DNA of 64,000 nucleotides from Fimbriimonadales bacterium (GCA_038321975.1 JBBQFM010000015.1:5786-69785); one strand, 5' to 3'. Shown: positions 8,420-17,770, counted from the first letter of the stretch. Translations and numbers: made by a program. Notes: generated by a model from the sequence alone, not told the origin.

Positions 8420-10588
8420 ATGCGGCCACTTTGCATATTTCTCTTTCTTGCCAGCTTTCTAATTTCCGCAGCCGACGAAGATCCCGGACACTCTAGTCAC
8501 GGATCCGCGTTTGATTCCGGCATGCGCACCCGCCCCTGGGTGATGAAGGGAATCGGCGATACGCCATTCCCGATCACGGCGAAGAATCCCGAGGTCCAGA
8601 AGTGGTTCGACCAGGGCAACGCCCTGCTTCACTCCTTCTGGTTCGAGGAAGCCGAGCGTTCTTTTCGCTGGTGCCTCAAGCTCGACCCCGATTGCGCCAT
8701 GGCCTACTGGAGCCTGTCTCGCTGTGGCCTGAACTGGTTCACCATGCGCTCGCCGAATTTCGACGACAAGGAGTTCGATCGCTACAAGGCGTTCCTCAAA
8801 GAAGCGGTCCGACGCAAAGACAAGGTCACCGAGCGTGAGCGAATGTACATCGAGGCGTGGGAGAAGGCGACCGCTCCCGACCAGAAAGAGCATGTAAAGA
8901 CCCTCGATCGAGAACTCCAACGGATCGTCGTCAAGTACCCCGACGATGTCGAAGCCAAAGCGTTGCTCGCCTTGTTCAATATCCATGAGGGCAGCGCCTA
9001 TGCCAACCAACTGATCGTGGATCAGGTCCTAGCCAAGAACCCTCTTCATCCCGGTGCGCATCACGCCAGCATTCACAATTGGGACGGCGTCTCGTCAGAA
9101 CAGGCGATTAAGAGCTGCGAACTGTACGGCAAGTCCGCACCAAACATCGGGCACGCCCTCCATATGCCCGGTCACATCTACAGCAAGTTGGGAATGTGGC
9201 ACGAGGCGGCGATCGCGATGGACTCGGCAACCCGCATCGAGCTCGGCTACATGAACGACCGGCTCGCCCTGCCGTTCGAGAACTGGAACTACCCCCACAA
9301 CCGCAACTACCTCTGCTACATCCAAGAGCAACTCGGAATGGCCGAGAACTCCCTTCAGGGTGCCCGCGACATGATCGCCACCCCGCGCGATCCAGACCTC
9401 AATCCTAACGCAATCGCCTCCCAAGGCTACGACGCCCTGCTCCGCGCCCTCATCAAGTTCGAAAAGTGGGACGAGATCCTCAAACCGGGAGTAGTCGAAT
9501 GGGACGAAAAGGGCGATGACGGCAAGCTTGATCGGGCTATCTCTGAGACGCTCGCCTACAACGGGCTCGGCCGAATGACCGAGGCAAAGGAGCGACTCGC
9601 TGACGTCAAAGGGCTGCTCGTCAAAATCAATGGTGGAAAGACCGGCGAGGCAATTTCCACCGATGTGATGGCCACCGTTGCCGAAGGCCTCATCTCACTT
9701 TCCGAAGGTCACTTGCTAGAAGGCCAACGATCCCTGCTCAACGCATGCGATCAAGAGCAGAAGAAGCGAGACGAGGGTCATTTTCAAAACGACCCACCCA
9801 GCCAGCCCTGGCCCATCATGCGTCTCCTTGGCGACCACTATCGCAAACGAGGCGAGACCAAGCTTGCCATCGAGTGCTACGAGCGAGCGCTGAAGAACGA
9901 GCCCAATGATGGCTTCACCCTCTCCGGCCTGTCCCTCGCCTATCACGACCTGGGCAACCAAGAGCAAGCAACCCACTATGCGGGCCGCCTAGAGTACGTC
10001 TGGTCTCAAGCTGACTCCCATCTCAAGTGGCTCGAAGACGTGCGAAAGATCGTGCCCCAGGCAGTGCCCATTGGCGAGACCCCGGCAAAGGAAAGGGTGT
10101 ACCAGCCCAAGAACCTCGACCCGATTGGCCCAATGAATTGGCAACCGTTCACCGCCCCGAAGCTGCAAGTGCTGAACGTCAAAGGCAAACCGGTCTCGCT
10201 CACCGACTACAAAGGCAAAAACGTCCTCCTCATCTTCTTCCTCGGCGACGCCTGCGTTCACTGCGTGGGCCAGCTTAAGGCGATCAACGAGCGAGGCACC
10301 GACTTCGCCGCCCAAGACACCGTCGTCCTCGCCGTCTGCAGCTCGACCCCCACGAAGATCAAGGAGTCGGTTGCCCTGGAGAAAGTCAACGTCACCTTCC
10401 TCTCCGACACCGCCCACGAAAACGCCCGCCGATTCTCGTCCTACGACGATTTCGAGGACATCGAACTCCACTCAACCATCCTTATCGACAAGCAGGGAAA
10501 GGTGCGATGGAAGCGAACCGGGGGCGATCCGTTCACCAACATCGACTTCCTCGTCGGCGAACTCAAGAGGATCAACGGCGCGAAATAG
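8420..10588 (+). CDS. Exported TPR protein fused to a C-terminal AhpC/TSA (redoxin) domain
   Basis: Signal peptide; QKWFDQG...HSFWFEEAERSF, HPGAHHASIH, HALHMPGHIY; C-terminal VSLTDYKGKNVLLIFF..DACVHCV. Confidence 0.85.
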   Translation: MRPLCIFLFLASFLISAADEDPGHSSHGSAFDSGMRTRPWVMKGIGDTPFPITAKNPEVQKWFDQGNALLHSFWFEEAERSFRWCLKLDPDCAMAYWSLSRCGLNWFTMRSPNFDDKEFDRYKAFLKEAVRRKDKVTERERMYIEAWEKATAPDQKEHVKTLDRELQRIVVKYPDDVEAKALLALFNIHEGSAYANQLIVDQVLAKNPLHPGAHHASIHNWDGVSSEQAIKSCELYGKSAPNIGHALHMPGHIYSKLGMWHEAAIAMDSATRIELGYMNDRLALPFENWNYPHNRNYLCYIQEQLGMAENSLQGARDMIATPRDPDLNPNAIASQGYDALLRALIKFEKWDEILKPGVVEWDEKGDDGKLDRAISETLAYNGLGRMTEAKERLADVKGLLVKINGGKTGEAISTDVMATVAEGLISLSEGHLLEGQRSLLNACDQEQKKRDEGHFQNDPPSQPWPIMRLLGDHYRKRGETKLAIECYERALKNEPNDGFTLSGLSLAYHDLGNQEQATHYAGRLEYVWSQADSHLKWLEDVRKIVPQAVPIGETPAKERVYQPKNLDPIGPMNWQPFTAPKLQVLNVKGKPVSLTDYKGKNVLLIFFLGDACVHCVGQLKAINERGTDFAAQDTVVLAVCSSTPTKIKESVALEKVNVTFLSDTAHENARRFSSYDDFEDIELHSTILIDKQGKVRWKRTGGDPFTNIDFLVGELKRINGAK

Positions 10589-10603
10589 CATACTAAATCT
10601 AAG

Positions 10604-10906
10604 TTGTCGCCGATCGATTTCCTAAAACGCTGGACCCGCCCCCGCGCCGAGCTCCTCACCGAGCTCGACGTCCTAAGTCGCGACAACCAGTCCCTACGCG
10701 CCAAGGTTGCCGGGTTACAGCAGGCCAAAGATCAAGCCGAGAAACACGCCGAGGAACGACGCAAAGGCAAAGAAGCCCTCAAAACGAGGCTCAGCGAGCA
10801 AAAAAAATCAGCCGAGCAAGGCGTTCAAACCCAAGCCCAACTAAGCGCCCGAATCGCCGAGCTACGCGAAGAGTTAGACAAACTCAGTAAGCAAAAGCGA
10901 CGCTAA
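10604..10906 (+). CDS. Hypothetical coiled-coil protein
   Basis: 100-aa K/E/Q-rich helical ORF directly after the previous gene. Confidence 0.6.
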   Translation: MSPIDFLKRWTRPRAELLTELDVLSRDNQSLRAKVAGLQQAKDQAEKHAEERRKGKEALKTRLSEQKKSAEQGVQTQAQLSARIAELREELDKLSKQKRR

Positions 10907-10914
10907 AAATTCAG

Positions 10915-11158
10915 AACCCCTCGCCCCTCCGGGGAAGAGGGGCAGGGGTGAGGGGTCCGCTCCGGTTGCCTCCCCTTGCCGAGGATGGTTCGTGCCTCGG
11001 GAGGGGGAGGGCAGGGTGGGGGTTCGACGCCCACCTTGTCCAGAATGTCTTGGCTTCGGGGGAGAAGTGTCTGGTCCAGAGATGGTTCCCCTTTCCCAAG
11101 GCCCTGAGGAACGAAGGGGTGGGGGAGGGGGTTGCGCCCACCGACCGCCTTCCGGAGA
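10915..11158. repeat. Composite G-rich palindromic intergenic repeat (family A)
   Basis: Modules CCCCTCGCCCCTCCGGGGAAGAGGGGCAGGGGTGAGGGG, GGGAGGGGGAGGGCAGGGTGGGGG and GAGATGGTTCCCCTTTCCCAAGGCCCTGAGGAACGAAGGGGTGGGGGAGGGGG recur near 19641-19790 and 22014-22300. Confidence 0.85.
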
Positions 11159-11647
11159 CTAGTCCCCAAAGTGATGATCGTCCGGGCTTTCCTTCTGTAA
11201 ATCCGGCGACCGAAGCATCAACCGCGCACAGGTATTCCATCGCAAGATCGAGTCATCATTCCCAGCCGCACGAACTCCCTCCGCCGCCTCATAACAACCC
11301 ATCGCCTTCCGCAACCACTCGCCCACAACGTGCTTCGGTGTCCCATCTTGCAACCGAGCCCGAGCCCACCGCTCATAAGCCACCCCGCCGTAGTAAGCCC
11401 GGTCGTACGCACTCGTCAGCGTCTTAGCGATCGCCTCACATTCGGTGATGTTGATCCCGCGCTTGGTAGAAAACTGATCCGTCAGCGCCAGCAACATCAC
11501 TCGAGCCGCATCCTGATTGCCCGGGTCCACCGCGATGATGTCCCGACAAATACTAACCGCCTGATCGGGTTCGTTCAGCAACCGATACCGCTCCCCAAGC
11601 CCAAGGGCATGGGGGATAGCGTCAGCGGCAATCTTCTTCAGTTCCAT
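11159..11647 (-). CDS. Conserved hypothetical helical (TPR-like) protein at the end of the sdh operon
   Basis: MELKKIAADAIPHALGLGERYRLLNEP...WNTCAR; co-oriented downstream of sdhB. Confidence 0.75.
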   Translation of the reverse strand: MELKKIAADAIPHALGLGERYRLLNEPDQAVSICRDIIAVDPGNQDAARVMLLALTDQFSTKRGINITECEAIAKTLTSAYDRAYYGGVAYERWARARLQDGTPKHVVGEWLRKAMGCYEAAEGVRAAGNDDSILRWNTCARLMLRSPDLQKESPDDHHFGD

Positions 11648-11662
11648 GGTTTAGAGTAATGA

Positions 11663-11687
11663 GTGATGAGTGATGAATGATGAACGG
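11663..11687. repeat. Left arm of a 25-bp inverted repeat (heptamer GA[A/G]TGAT array) flanking the four-helix-bundle gene
   Basis: GTGATGAGTGATGAATGATGAACGG; its reverse complement matches 12113-12137 at 24/25 positions. Confidence 0.9.
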
Positions 11688-11700
11688 GCCGGATCAGAGG

Positions 11701-12123
11701 TTATCGCTTCGGGCGTTGCTTGGCGGTTTTGACCGATGCTACGAAAATGGACATGAGTTGATTTGCCTCGTTCATTACTTCGTGACTGCTCTCTTTTGTT
11801 GCAAGTTCAGCTTCAACTAGAAGCTCAATCCAATAAATCGTCTCGTCCAACTCTTGCAACAGCGTTTCAACTTTACTGATGAATTCCGGGACCGATCTGG
11901 CTCGGTAGGCCTCCCGATAGTGAGCTCCAATTGAGGTCCCTGATCGAAGTACCTGCCCTGCCAGAATCCGCTTAACTGGATCCTCATAGAGGCCACAATA
12001 GAACTTTACAATTTGGACTGCGAATGCTTTAGTTCGGTCGCGCAGATCACCGTAAGCGCGAAGTTCCTCCCGCAGAACGACTGGCTCAGAAGGCCGAGTC
12101 TCCTCCGCTCCGCCGTTCATCAT
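11701..12123 (-). CDS. Four-helix-bundle protein (23S rRNA intervening-sequence protein family)
   Basis: DLRDRTKAFAVQIVKF...QVLRSGTSIGAHYREA.RARS..EFISK...QELDETIYWIELL. Confidence 0.9.
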   Translation of the reverse strand: MMNGGAEETRPSEPVVLREELRAYGDLRDRTKAFAVQIVKFYCGLYEDPVKRILAGQVLRSGTSIGAHYREAYRARSVPEFISKVETLLQELDETIYWIELLVEAELATKESSHEVMNEANQLMSIFVASVKTAKQRPKR

Positions 12124-12137
12124 TCATCATTCATCAC
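12113..12137. repeat. Right arm of the 25-bp inverted repeat
   Basis: CCGTTCATCATTCATCATTCATCAC. Confidence 0.9.
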
Positions 12138-12148
12138 TTTCCGTCCCC

Positions 12149-12889
12149 CTACCTCTTCGTAATCAGCCTCAACAGCTTCTTCAGAGGGTCGTAATAAAAG
12201 TCCGCAACCTTCTCCTTCAGCGGAATAATCGCGTTGTCCGTGATCTTAATGTGTTCCGGACAAACCACCGTGCAGCACTTCGTGATGTTGCAGTAGCCGA
12301 TGCCGTGCGCTTCCTTCAGATCGGACGTCCGGTCCTCAATGTCCAGCGGATGCATCTCCAGATACGCGCTGTGGATCATCAGCCGCGGCCCGACGAACTC
12401 GTCAAACTTCTCGTGCTCTCGAAGCACGTGGCACACGTTCTGGCACAGGAAGCACTCGATGCATTTTCGAAACTCCTGCCCGCGATCGATATCCTCCTGC
12501 ATCACCGTCCAGGTGCCATCGGCATTGTCTGGATTTCGTGGCTTGAACGGCTTGATCCGCTTCTTCGCCTCGTAGTTCCAACTCACGTCGGTCACGAGGT
12601 CCTTGATAAGCGGGAACGCCTTCATCGGCTCGACGGTGACCGACTGGTTGAGGTCAATGTCGCTGCACCGCGTCATGCACATCAGCCGGGGCTTGCCGTT
12701 GATCTCGGCCGAGCACGAGCCGCACTTGCCCGCCTTACAGTTCCATCGAACCGCCAGGTCGTTGGCCTGCTCCGCTTGGATCTGCAAGACAGCGTCCAGC
12801 ACCACCATGCCCTCGGAGACCTCGGTCTGGTGGTCCTCGAAGTTCCCCTCTTTGCCCTGACCGCGCCATATCTTAAAGGTTGCCTTCAC
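12149..12889 (-). CDS. sdhB: Succinate dehydrogenase/fumarate reductase iron-sulfur subunit
   Basis: NCKAGKCGSC, CIECFLCQNVC and CNITKCCTVVCP cluster motifs. Confidence 0.95.
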   Translation of the reverse strand: MKATFKIWRGQGKEGNFEDHQTEVSEGMVVLDAVLQIQAEQANDLAVRWNCKAGKCGSCSAEINGKPRLMCMTRCSDIDLNQSVTVEPMKAFPLIKDLVTDVSWNYEAKKRIKPFKPRNPDNADGTWTVMQEDIDRGQEFRKCIECFLCQNVCHVLREHEKFDEFVGPRLMIHSAYLEMHPLDIEDRTSDLKEAHGIGYCNITKCCTVVCPEHIKITDNAIIPLKEKVADFYYDPLKKLLRLITKR

Positions 12890-14703
12890 AGCGCCATCTC
12901 CTCGATAATCGCCCGGTGCTCATCCGTCATCGGCTTCACCGGCTCCTGGACAACGGTGAGCGAACCGTCGGGATTCTTGCGAACGACCGTGTTCACCTTC
13001 CCCTGCTCGGGATCCTTGTCCGGATAGTCGTCCCGGAAGTGACCGCCTCGACTCTCTTTTCGAAGGATCGCCGACCGCGCGATCGCTTCCGAGACCGCAA
13101 GCTGGTTGTACAAGTCCATCGCGGTGTGCCAGCCCGGGTTGAAGTCTCGGTTGCCAAGAACCTGGACGCCTTCGTTTCGCTTCTTCAGCGCGTCAAGCGC
13201 CACGAGCGCCTGCTGCATTTCGCCGTCGGTTCGAACGATGCCCACCAAGTCCTGCATCATGGTCTGCAAATCCTTCTGGATCGCAAACGGGTTCTCGCCA
13301 GTAGTCCGGTCAAACGGAGCAACCGTGAACTTCGTTGCCGCGTCAATCTGGGCTGAGAGGTCGGTCGAGACCGGCCGAGCCGACTTTGAATACTCCGCCG
13401 CATACTGGCCTGCCCGCTTGCCAAAGACCAAAAGGTCGGAGAGAGAGTTACCACCCAATCGGTTGGCGCCGTGCAATCCGGCCGCCGCCTCGCCCGCTGC
13501 GTAGAGACCTTCGATGGTCGACATCTGCGACTCCGCATCCACCCGAATGCCGCCCATCATGTAGTGAGTGGTCGGCCCAATTTCCATCGGCTCGGTGGTG
13601 ATATCGATGCCCGCCAATTCCTTGAACTGGTGGTACATGCCCGGAAGCTTCTTCTGAATGTGCTCCGGTGCGTTCGCGATCTTCTCCTTGATCCAAGCGA
13701 TGTCCAGATAGACGCCACCATGCGGTGAGCCGCGACCTTCCTTCACCTCGCGCACGATGCAGCGAGCCACGTGGTCGCGAGTGAGCAACTCCGGCGGACG
13801 GTTCGCATTCTTGTCGCCCGTCACGTACCGCCAACCCTCCTCGGGGTCCTTCGCGGTCTGGTTCTTATAGTTGTCGGGAATGTCGTCGAACATGAAGCGC
13901 CTGCCCTCGCTGTTCTTGAGAATCCCGCCCTCACCGCGAACACCCTCCGTAACGAGCAGTCCCCGAACCGACGGGGGCCAAACCATTCCCGTCGGGTGGA
14001 ATTGCACGAACTCCATGTCCAGCAGATCTGCGCCAGCGTTGAGTGCCAAAGTCTGACCATCGCCCGTGTACTCCCAGCTATTGCTGGTGATCGCATAAGC
14101 CTTGCCGATGCCGCCCGTCGCGATGATCACCGCTTTGGCCTTCAGCAGCACAAACTGACCACGCTCTCGGAAATATCCAAACGCACCACAAACTCGGTCG
14201 CCATCCTTCAAAAGAGTGATGACCGTGAACTCCATGTGAAAGTCGATGCCCTGGTGAATCCCGTGATCCTGCAACGTGCGGATCATCTCGAGCCCAGTCC
14301 GGTCGCCGACGTGGGCGAGCCGCGGATATCGGTGCCCACCAAAGTTTCGCTGAAGGATCTTGCCATCCTTGGTGCGGTCGAACAGAGCACCCCAAGCTTC
14401 GAGTTCCTTCACGCAATCCGGAGCTTCCTTCGCGTGCAACTCAGCCATGCGAGGGTTGTTCAGGTACTGCCCGCCACGCATTGTGTCCGCAAAGTGCACT
14501 CGCCAACTGTCGCGGTCGTCGACATTGCCGATCGCCGCCGCCACGCCGCCCTCCGCCATAACTGTGTGCGCCTTGCCAAGCAGTGACTTGCACACAACGC
14601 CAACCTTAACTCCCGCCGCTGAAGCCTCGATCGCCGCGCGAAGTCCCGCGCCTCCGGCGCCGATGACGAGAACGTCATATTCGTGGGTCCGAAGTTCGCT
14701 CAT
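12886..14703 (-). CDS. sdhA: Succinate dehydrogenase/fumarate reductase flavoprotein subunit
   Basis: Start trimmed to MSELRTHEYDVLVIGAGGAG at 14703 (ATGA overlap). Motifs KAHTVMAEGG, QFHPTG, THYMMGG, LHGANRLGGNSL. Confidence 0.95.
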   Translation of the reverse strand: MSELRTHEYDVLVIGAGGAGLRAAIEASAAGVKVGVVCKSLLGKAHTVMAEGGVAAAIGNVDDRDSWRVHFADTMRGGQYLNNPRMAELHAKEAPDCVKELEAWGALFDRTKDGKILQRNFGGHRYPRLAHVGDRTGLEMIRTLQDHGIHQGIDFHMEFTVITLLKDGDRVCGAFGYFRERGQFVLLKAKAVIIATGGIGKAYAITSNSWEYTGDGQTLALNAGADLLDMEFVQFHPTGMVWPPSVRGLLVTEGVRGEGGILKNSEGRRFMFDDIPDNYKNQTAKDPEEGWRYVTGDKNANRPPELLTRDHVARCIVREVKEGRGSPHGGVYLDIAWIKEKIANAPEHIQKKLPGMYHQFKELAGIDITTEPMEIGPTTHYMMGGIRVDAESQMSTIEGLYAAGEAAAGLHGANRLGGNSLSDLLVFGKRAGQYAAEYSKSARPVSTDLSAQIDAATKFTVAPFDRTTGENPFAIQKDLQTMMQDLVGIVRTDGEMQQALVALDALKKRNEGVQVLGNRDFNPGWHTAMDLYNQLAVSEAIARSAILRKESRGGHFRDDYPDKDPEQGKVNTVVRKNPDGSLTVVQEPVKPMTDEHRAIIEEMAL

Positions 14704-15482
14704 ATGATTCTCAAATCCGTCCAGATGCCCATCGAAACCAGCCGCACATACACGTCGGCAAAGATGACGCCGAAGAGGCTGACCCACGCGAAGTTCATGT
14801 GGTTCTTGTTCATGTTTGAAACGCACCCGTAACAGGCGCTCTGCATCTTGTTGCCCGAGATGCACTTCTTATTGCCGCGGATCAGGTGCCGCAAGGAGTG
14901 GCAAGAGAACGTGTAGCAGCTGAGCATCGACGTGTTGAACAGCAAAACCAGCGTCCCAACCCCAATCCCGAACTTCCCGTCGAACCAAAGCGCCTTGTAA
15001 ACGTCGTGCCACAAGAAGAGAAGGAAGATGAGCGCCGCATACATGAAGTACCGGTGCACGTTCTGCAGCTTCAGCGGAAACCCGTTCTCACTCGTATAGC
15101 CTATGCGAGGCTCGCCCACCGCGCAAGCAGGCGGATCCGCCCAGAACGCCTTATAGTAAGCGCCACGGTAGTAGTAGCAGGTGAACCGGAAGAGCGCCGG
15201 AAAGGGAAGGATGATGAGCGCCGGAGAGAACGGCAAAAACCCCGGCCACCATCCTGGCCTCGGCCCAAACCAAGCCTCCGGAGAGTCGCCGAACAACACC
15301 GGCGAGTAGAACGGAGAAAGGTATCCCTTCCACTCGTAATGAGCGTTCTGCAACGCCGCCCAAGTGGCGTAAACAATGAACCCAGAGAGTACAAGGAACG
15401 TAATCAGGGGAGTCACCCACCAAGCGTCCCGTCGCGAAGTCTTCCCTAACCCTCGCTGCTTCAACACCGACATCTTTGACAT
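14700..15482 (-). CDS. Single-subunit Sdh1-type (Rv0249c-like) membrane anchor
   Basis: RRDAWW, YLSPFYSP, FRFTCYYYRGAYYKAF, QNVHRYF, YTFSCHSLRH, NKNHMNFAW; about 5 TM segments; first gene of the sdh operon. Confidence 0.85.
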   Translation of the reverse strand: MSKMSVLKQRGLGKTSRRDAWWVTPLITFLVLSGFIVYATWAALQNAHYEWKGYLSPFYSPVLFGDSPEAWFGPRPGWWPGFLPFSPALIILPFPALFRFTCYYYRGAYYKAFWADPPACAVGEPRIGYTSENGFPLKLQNVHRYFMYAALIFLLFLWHDVYKALWFDGKFGIGVGTLVLLFNTSMLSCYTFSCHSLRHLIRGNKKCISGNKMQSACYGCVSNMNKNHMNFAWVSLFGVIFADVYVRLVSMGIWTDLRII

Positions 15483-15554
15483 AGTGCGATCCGACGACGA
15501 TTCCAGGTTCGCGCGAACTCAGAATCGACCCTGGGCCGAGTATACCAACGCACC

Positions 15555-15795
15555 TCCGGAGATGGTGCCCCTTTCCGAAGGGGGAACCAACCCTCCCCCG
15601 GTTTTCACAATGTCATTCTGAGCCACCGAACTCGGCGAGCGAGTTCGCATCGAGCTAGAACAGATTCGCGACCGCCAAACCGACCCCGAAGGGGTCACAG
15701 AACCTTAGCCCCGGGTCGTCTCCGGACGCCCCGGGGTAGTGCCCCCAAGACCCCCGACCCCGAAGCGGGTCGAAGACCTCTCGGGTCGTTTCGTC
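15555..15795. repeat. Family A remnant plus family B palindromic repeat
   Basis: GGAGATGGTGCCCCTTTCC at about 15558, then CCCGAAGGGGTCACAGAACCTTAGCCCCGGGTCGTCTCCGGACGCCCCGGGGTAGTGCCC...CCCGAAGCGGGTCGAAGAC, homologous to 22317-22480. Confidence 0.85.
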
Positions 15796-15864
15796 CCATC
15801 CCTATTCGAATCTAGACCAAGGCTGTGTCCCCGGAGCAGCCGCCCGGTCAAGCAAAATAAAACT

Positions 15865-16413
15865 GTGCTCCTCCCGCTCCTCATCCTCGCAACCGCCCAA
15901 CCCAATCTCCTCAACTACAGCATCGAGCAGTGGCGGTCGACCCCGAAGATGCAAATCGAAGACGCCTACAAGTGGCTGTTCCAAGCCGCCCTCGGCGGCG
16001 AACACGCGGTCACCGACGACAGCGGCCCGAGACAATGGCTGAACAACGAATGGCCCACCCTAACCGAGCCAAAACCAAACGAGCCAGAAAGACAAAAACT
16101 AACCCCCGACGGCAAACTCATCAGAGTCAACCTCCGCCCCTACCGAGCCCGAGGCGGCGACCAAGAGTTTATGCTCGCGATCTTCGTAGCCTCCGCCCAG
16201 CAGTTCTACGCCAAGAAAAGCCTCTTCGTCAAAGAGTGGAAAGCCCTCGGCACCAAGCTCCAGCAAAACAAAGTCCAAGCCCTAACCTACAATGCCTGGC
16301 AACACCTAGACCAAGCCGCGAAGAAGCAAAACTACCCCGCCATCGACCACTCAAGGGCCTATGAGAAACAATACGACCCGGCGTACCGGGTCGTATTGGG
16401 ATCGCTCTACTAA
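15865..16413 (+). CDS. Exported hypothetical protein
   Basis: Start trimmed to GTG 15865 (VLLPLLILATAQ, signal-like), since the upstream ORF part is repeat DNA. Motifs MQIEDAYKWLFQAALGGEH and HSRAYEKQYDPAYRVV. Confidence 0.7.
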   Translation: MLLPLLILATAQPNLLNYSIEQWRSTPKMQIEDAYKWLFQAALGGEHAVTDDSGPRQWLNNEWPTLTEPKPNEPERQKLTPDGKLIRVNLRPYRARGGDQEFMLAIFVASAQQFYAKKSLFVKEWKALGTKLQQNKVQALTYNAWQHLDQAAKKQNYPAIDHSRAYEKQYDPAYRVVLGSLY

Positions 16414-16781
16414 CTAATGCGCGTCATCGAGACCGAGTAGTGATTCCCGCCGGAGTCGAAGCCCATCGTCAGCCCGTTGTTGCTGTACGTGACCGTTCCG
16501 TTCGTCACTGCAACCCCGTTGTAAGTCCCTGAGAAGGTGCCGTCGGCCGAGTTGCCCAAAGGATCCCAAGTGGCCGAGCCGTGGACAATAAACGTGTTGC
16601 CGCTAGCCTCGAAGTCGAGCGCCCCGTTAGGGCTGATCGTGCCGGAAACATCCACCGTCTGGTTGTTGCCATTGACGGTGCCTTGATACGCGCCGGTATT
16701 GGGGTTGATACCAAGGCCATCGCCTCCGCACCCAACGAGAGCCACCAACGCACAGAGGAGAATGAGTAGTCGTAAGAGCAT
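16410..16781 (-). CDS. Small beta-barrel-like lipoprotein
   Basis: Lipobox LVGC; G/T/N-rich beta strands. Confidence 0.7.
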   Translation of the reverse strand: MLLRLLILLCALVALVGCGGDGLGINPNTGAYQGTVNGNNQTVDVSGTISPNGALDFEASGNTFIVHGSATWDPLGNSADGTFSGTYNGVAVTNGTVTYSNNGLTMGFDSGGNHYSVSMTRIS

Positions 16782-16789
16782 CGTGATAG

Positions 16790-17770
16790 CTAGACGGAAA
16801 TCGAGGCGATAAGATCGTCTTCGATTTGATTTAGTTTTTCATCGACCTTCTGCCGGCTCGGATCAGCCTCATACCAAGCGATAATCTCCTCTGCTCCACG
16901 GCAGAACGGAGTCGTCGTCGCCGCAAAAGCCGGCGCAATGCGCTTGATCTTCGAGTTGTCGAACACCATGCTGTTTCCTTTGTCCCCAATCAGCCCCGCT
17001 CCCCATTGGGGGTGCCGAGCCGCGATGTAGTCAGACGGCACGTGCACCTTCTTCGCCGTCGTACCCGCTGCCTCCGCCACGATGTCGTAGATCTGGTTCC
17101 AGGTCAGCCACTCGTCTGAAGTGATGTGATACGCCTCCCCAATCGCGTGGCTATTCCCCAACAAAGGCACAAAGCCGAGAGCGAAATCGCGATGATGGGT
17201 CAGCACCCAAAGCGAAGTCCCATCCCCATGCACCACCACCGGAAGTCCGCGACGCATGCGGTCGACCACCGTCCAATTGTGGTCGAACGGCAAAAGCGTC
17301 TTGTCGTAAGTGTGCGAAGGCCGCACGATCGTCATCGGAAACTTGTGATCGCGATAGGCCGTAACCAAAGCCTCTTCGCAGGCGATCTTGTTGCGCGAAT
17401 ACTCCCAGTTCGGGTTGTCGAGGATCGTTGACTCCGTCACCGGAAGGGTCGAAGGCGGGGTTTGGTAGGCACTCGCCGAACTGATAAAGACGTATTGTCC
17501 GATGCGCCCCTTAAAAATATCGATATCCTGCTGAATATGATCAGTGGTGAAAGCAATCCAGTTGACCACCGCATCGAACTTCATATCCCCGATCGCCGCT
17601 GCTACCGATGCCGGGTCCCGAATGTCCCCGTGCAGAACCTTCGCCCCTTCTGGAACCCCTCGATGACTCTGCCCTCGATTCAAAAGATACAGGTCAATTC
17701 CCGATTCAAGGGCGAGTGGGGAACAAGCCGAGCTGATGATGCCGGTACCACCAATGAACAAGACGCGCAT
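16790..17770 (-). CDS. NAD-dependent epimerase/dehydratase (extended SDR)
   Basis: MRVLFIGGTGIISS, YVFISSASAY, YSRNKIACE. Confidence 0.9.
   Translation of the reverse strand: MRVLFIGGTGIISSACSPLALESGIDLYLLNRGQSHRGVPEGAKVLHGDIRDPASVAAAIGDMKFDAVVNWIAFTTDHIQQDIDIFKGRIGQYVFISSASAYQTPPSTLPVTESTILDNPNWEYSRNKIACEEALVTAYRDHKFPMTIVRPSHTYDKTLLPFDHNWTVVDRMRRGLPVVVHGDGTSLWVLTHHRDFALGFVPLLGNSHAIGEAYHITSDEWLTWNQIYDIVAEAAGTTAKKVHVPSDYIAARHPQWGAGLIGDKGNSMVFDNSKIKRIAPAFAATTTPFCRGAEEIIAWYEADPSRQKVDEKLNQIEDDLIASISV

Noticed and set aside
10911-11427. ORFs 10903..11169, 10911..11240 and 10948..11427
   Set aside because: They run through G-rich repeat DNA or antisense to a real gene; P/G/R-rich with no motifs.
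12251-14586. Long plus-strand ORFs (12251..13027, 13771..14586), and similarly 20965..22167, 31155..32429, 36639..37526 and 54246..55367
   Set aside because: Antisense shadows of well-supported genes, expected in high-GC DNA.
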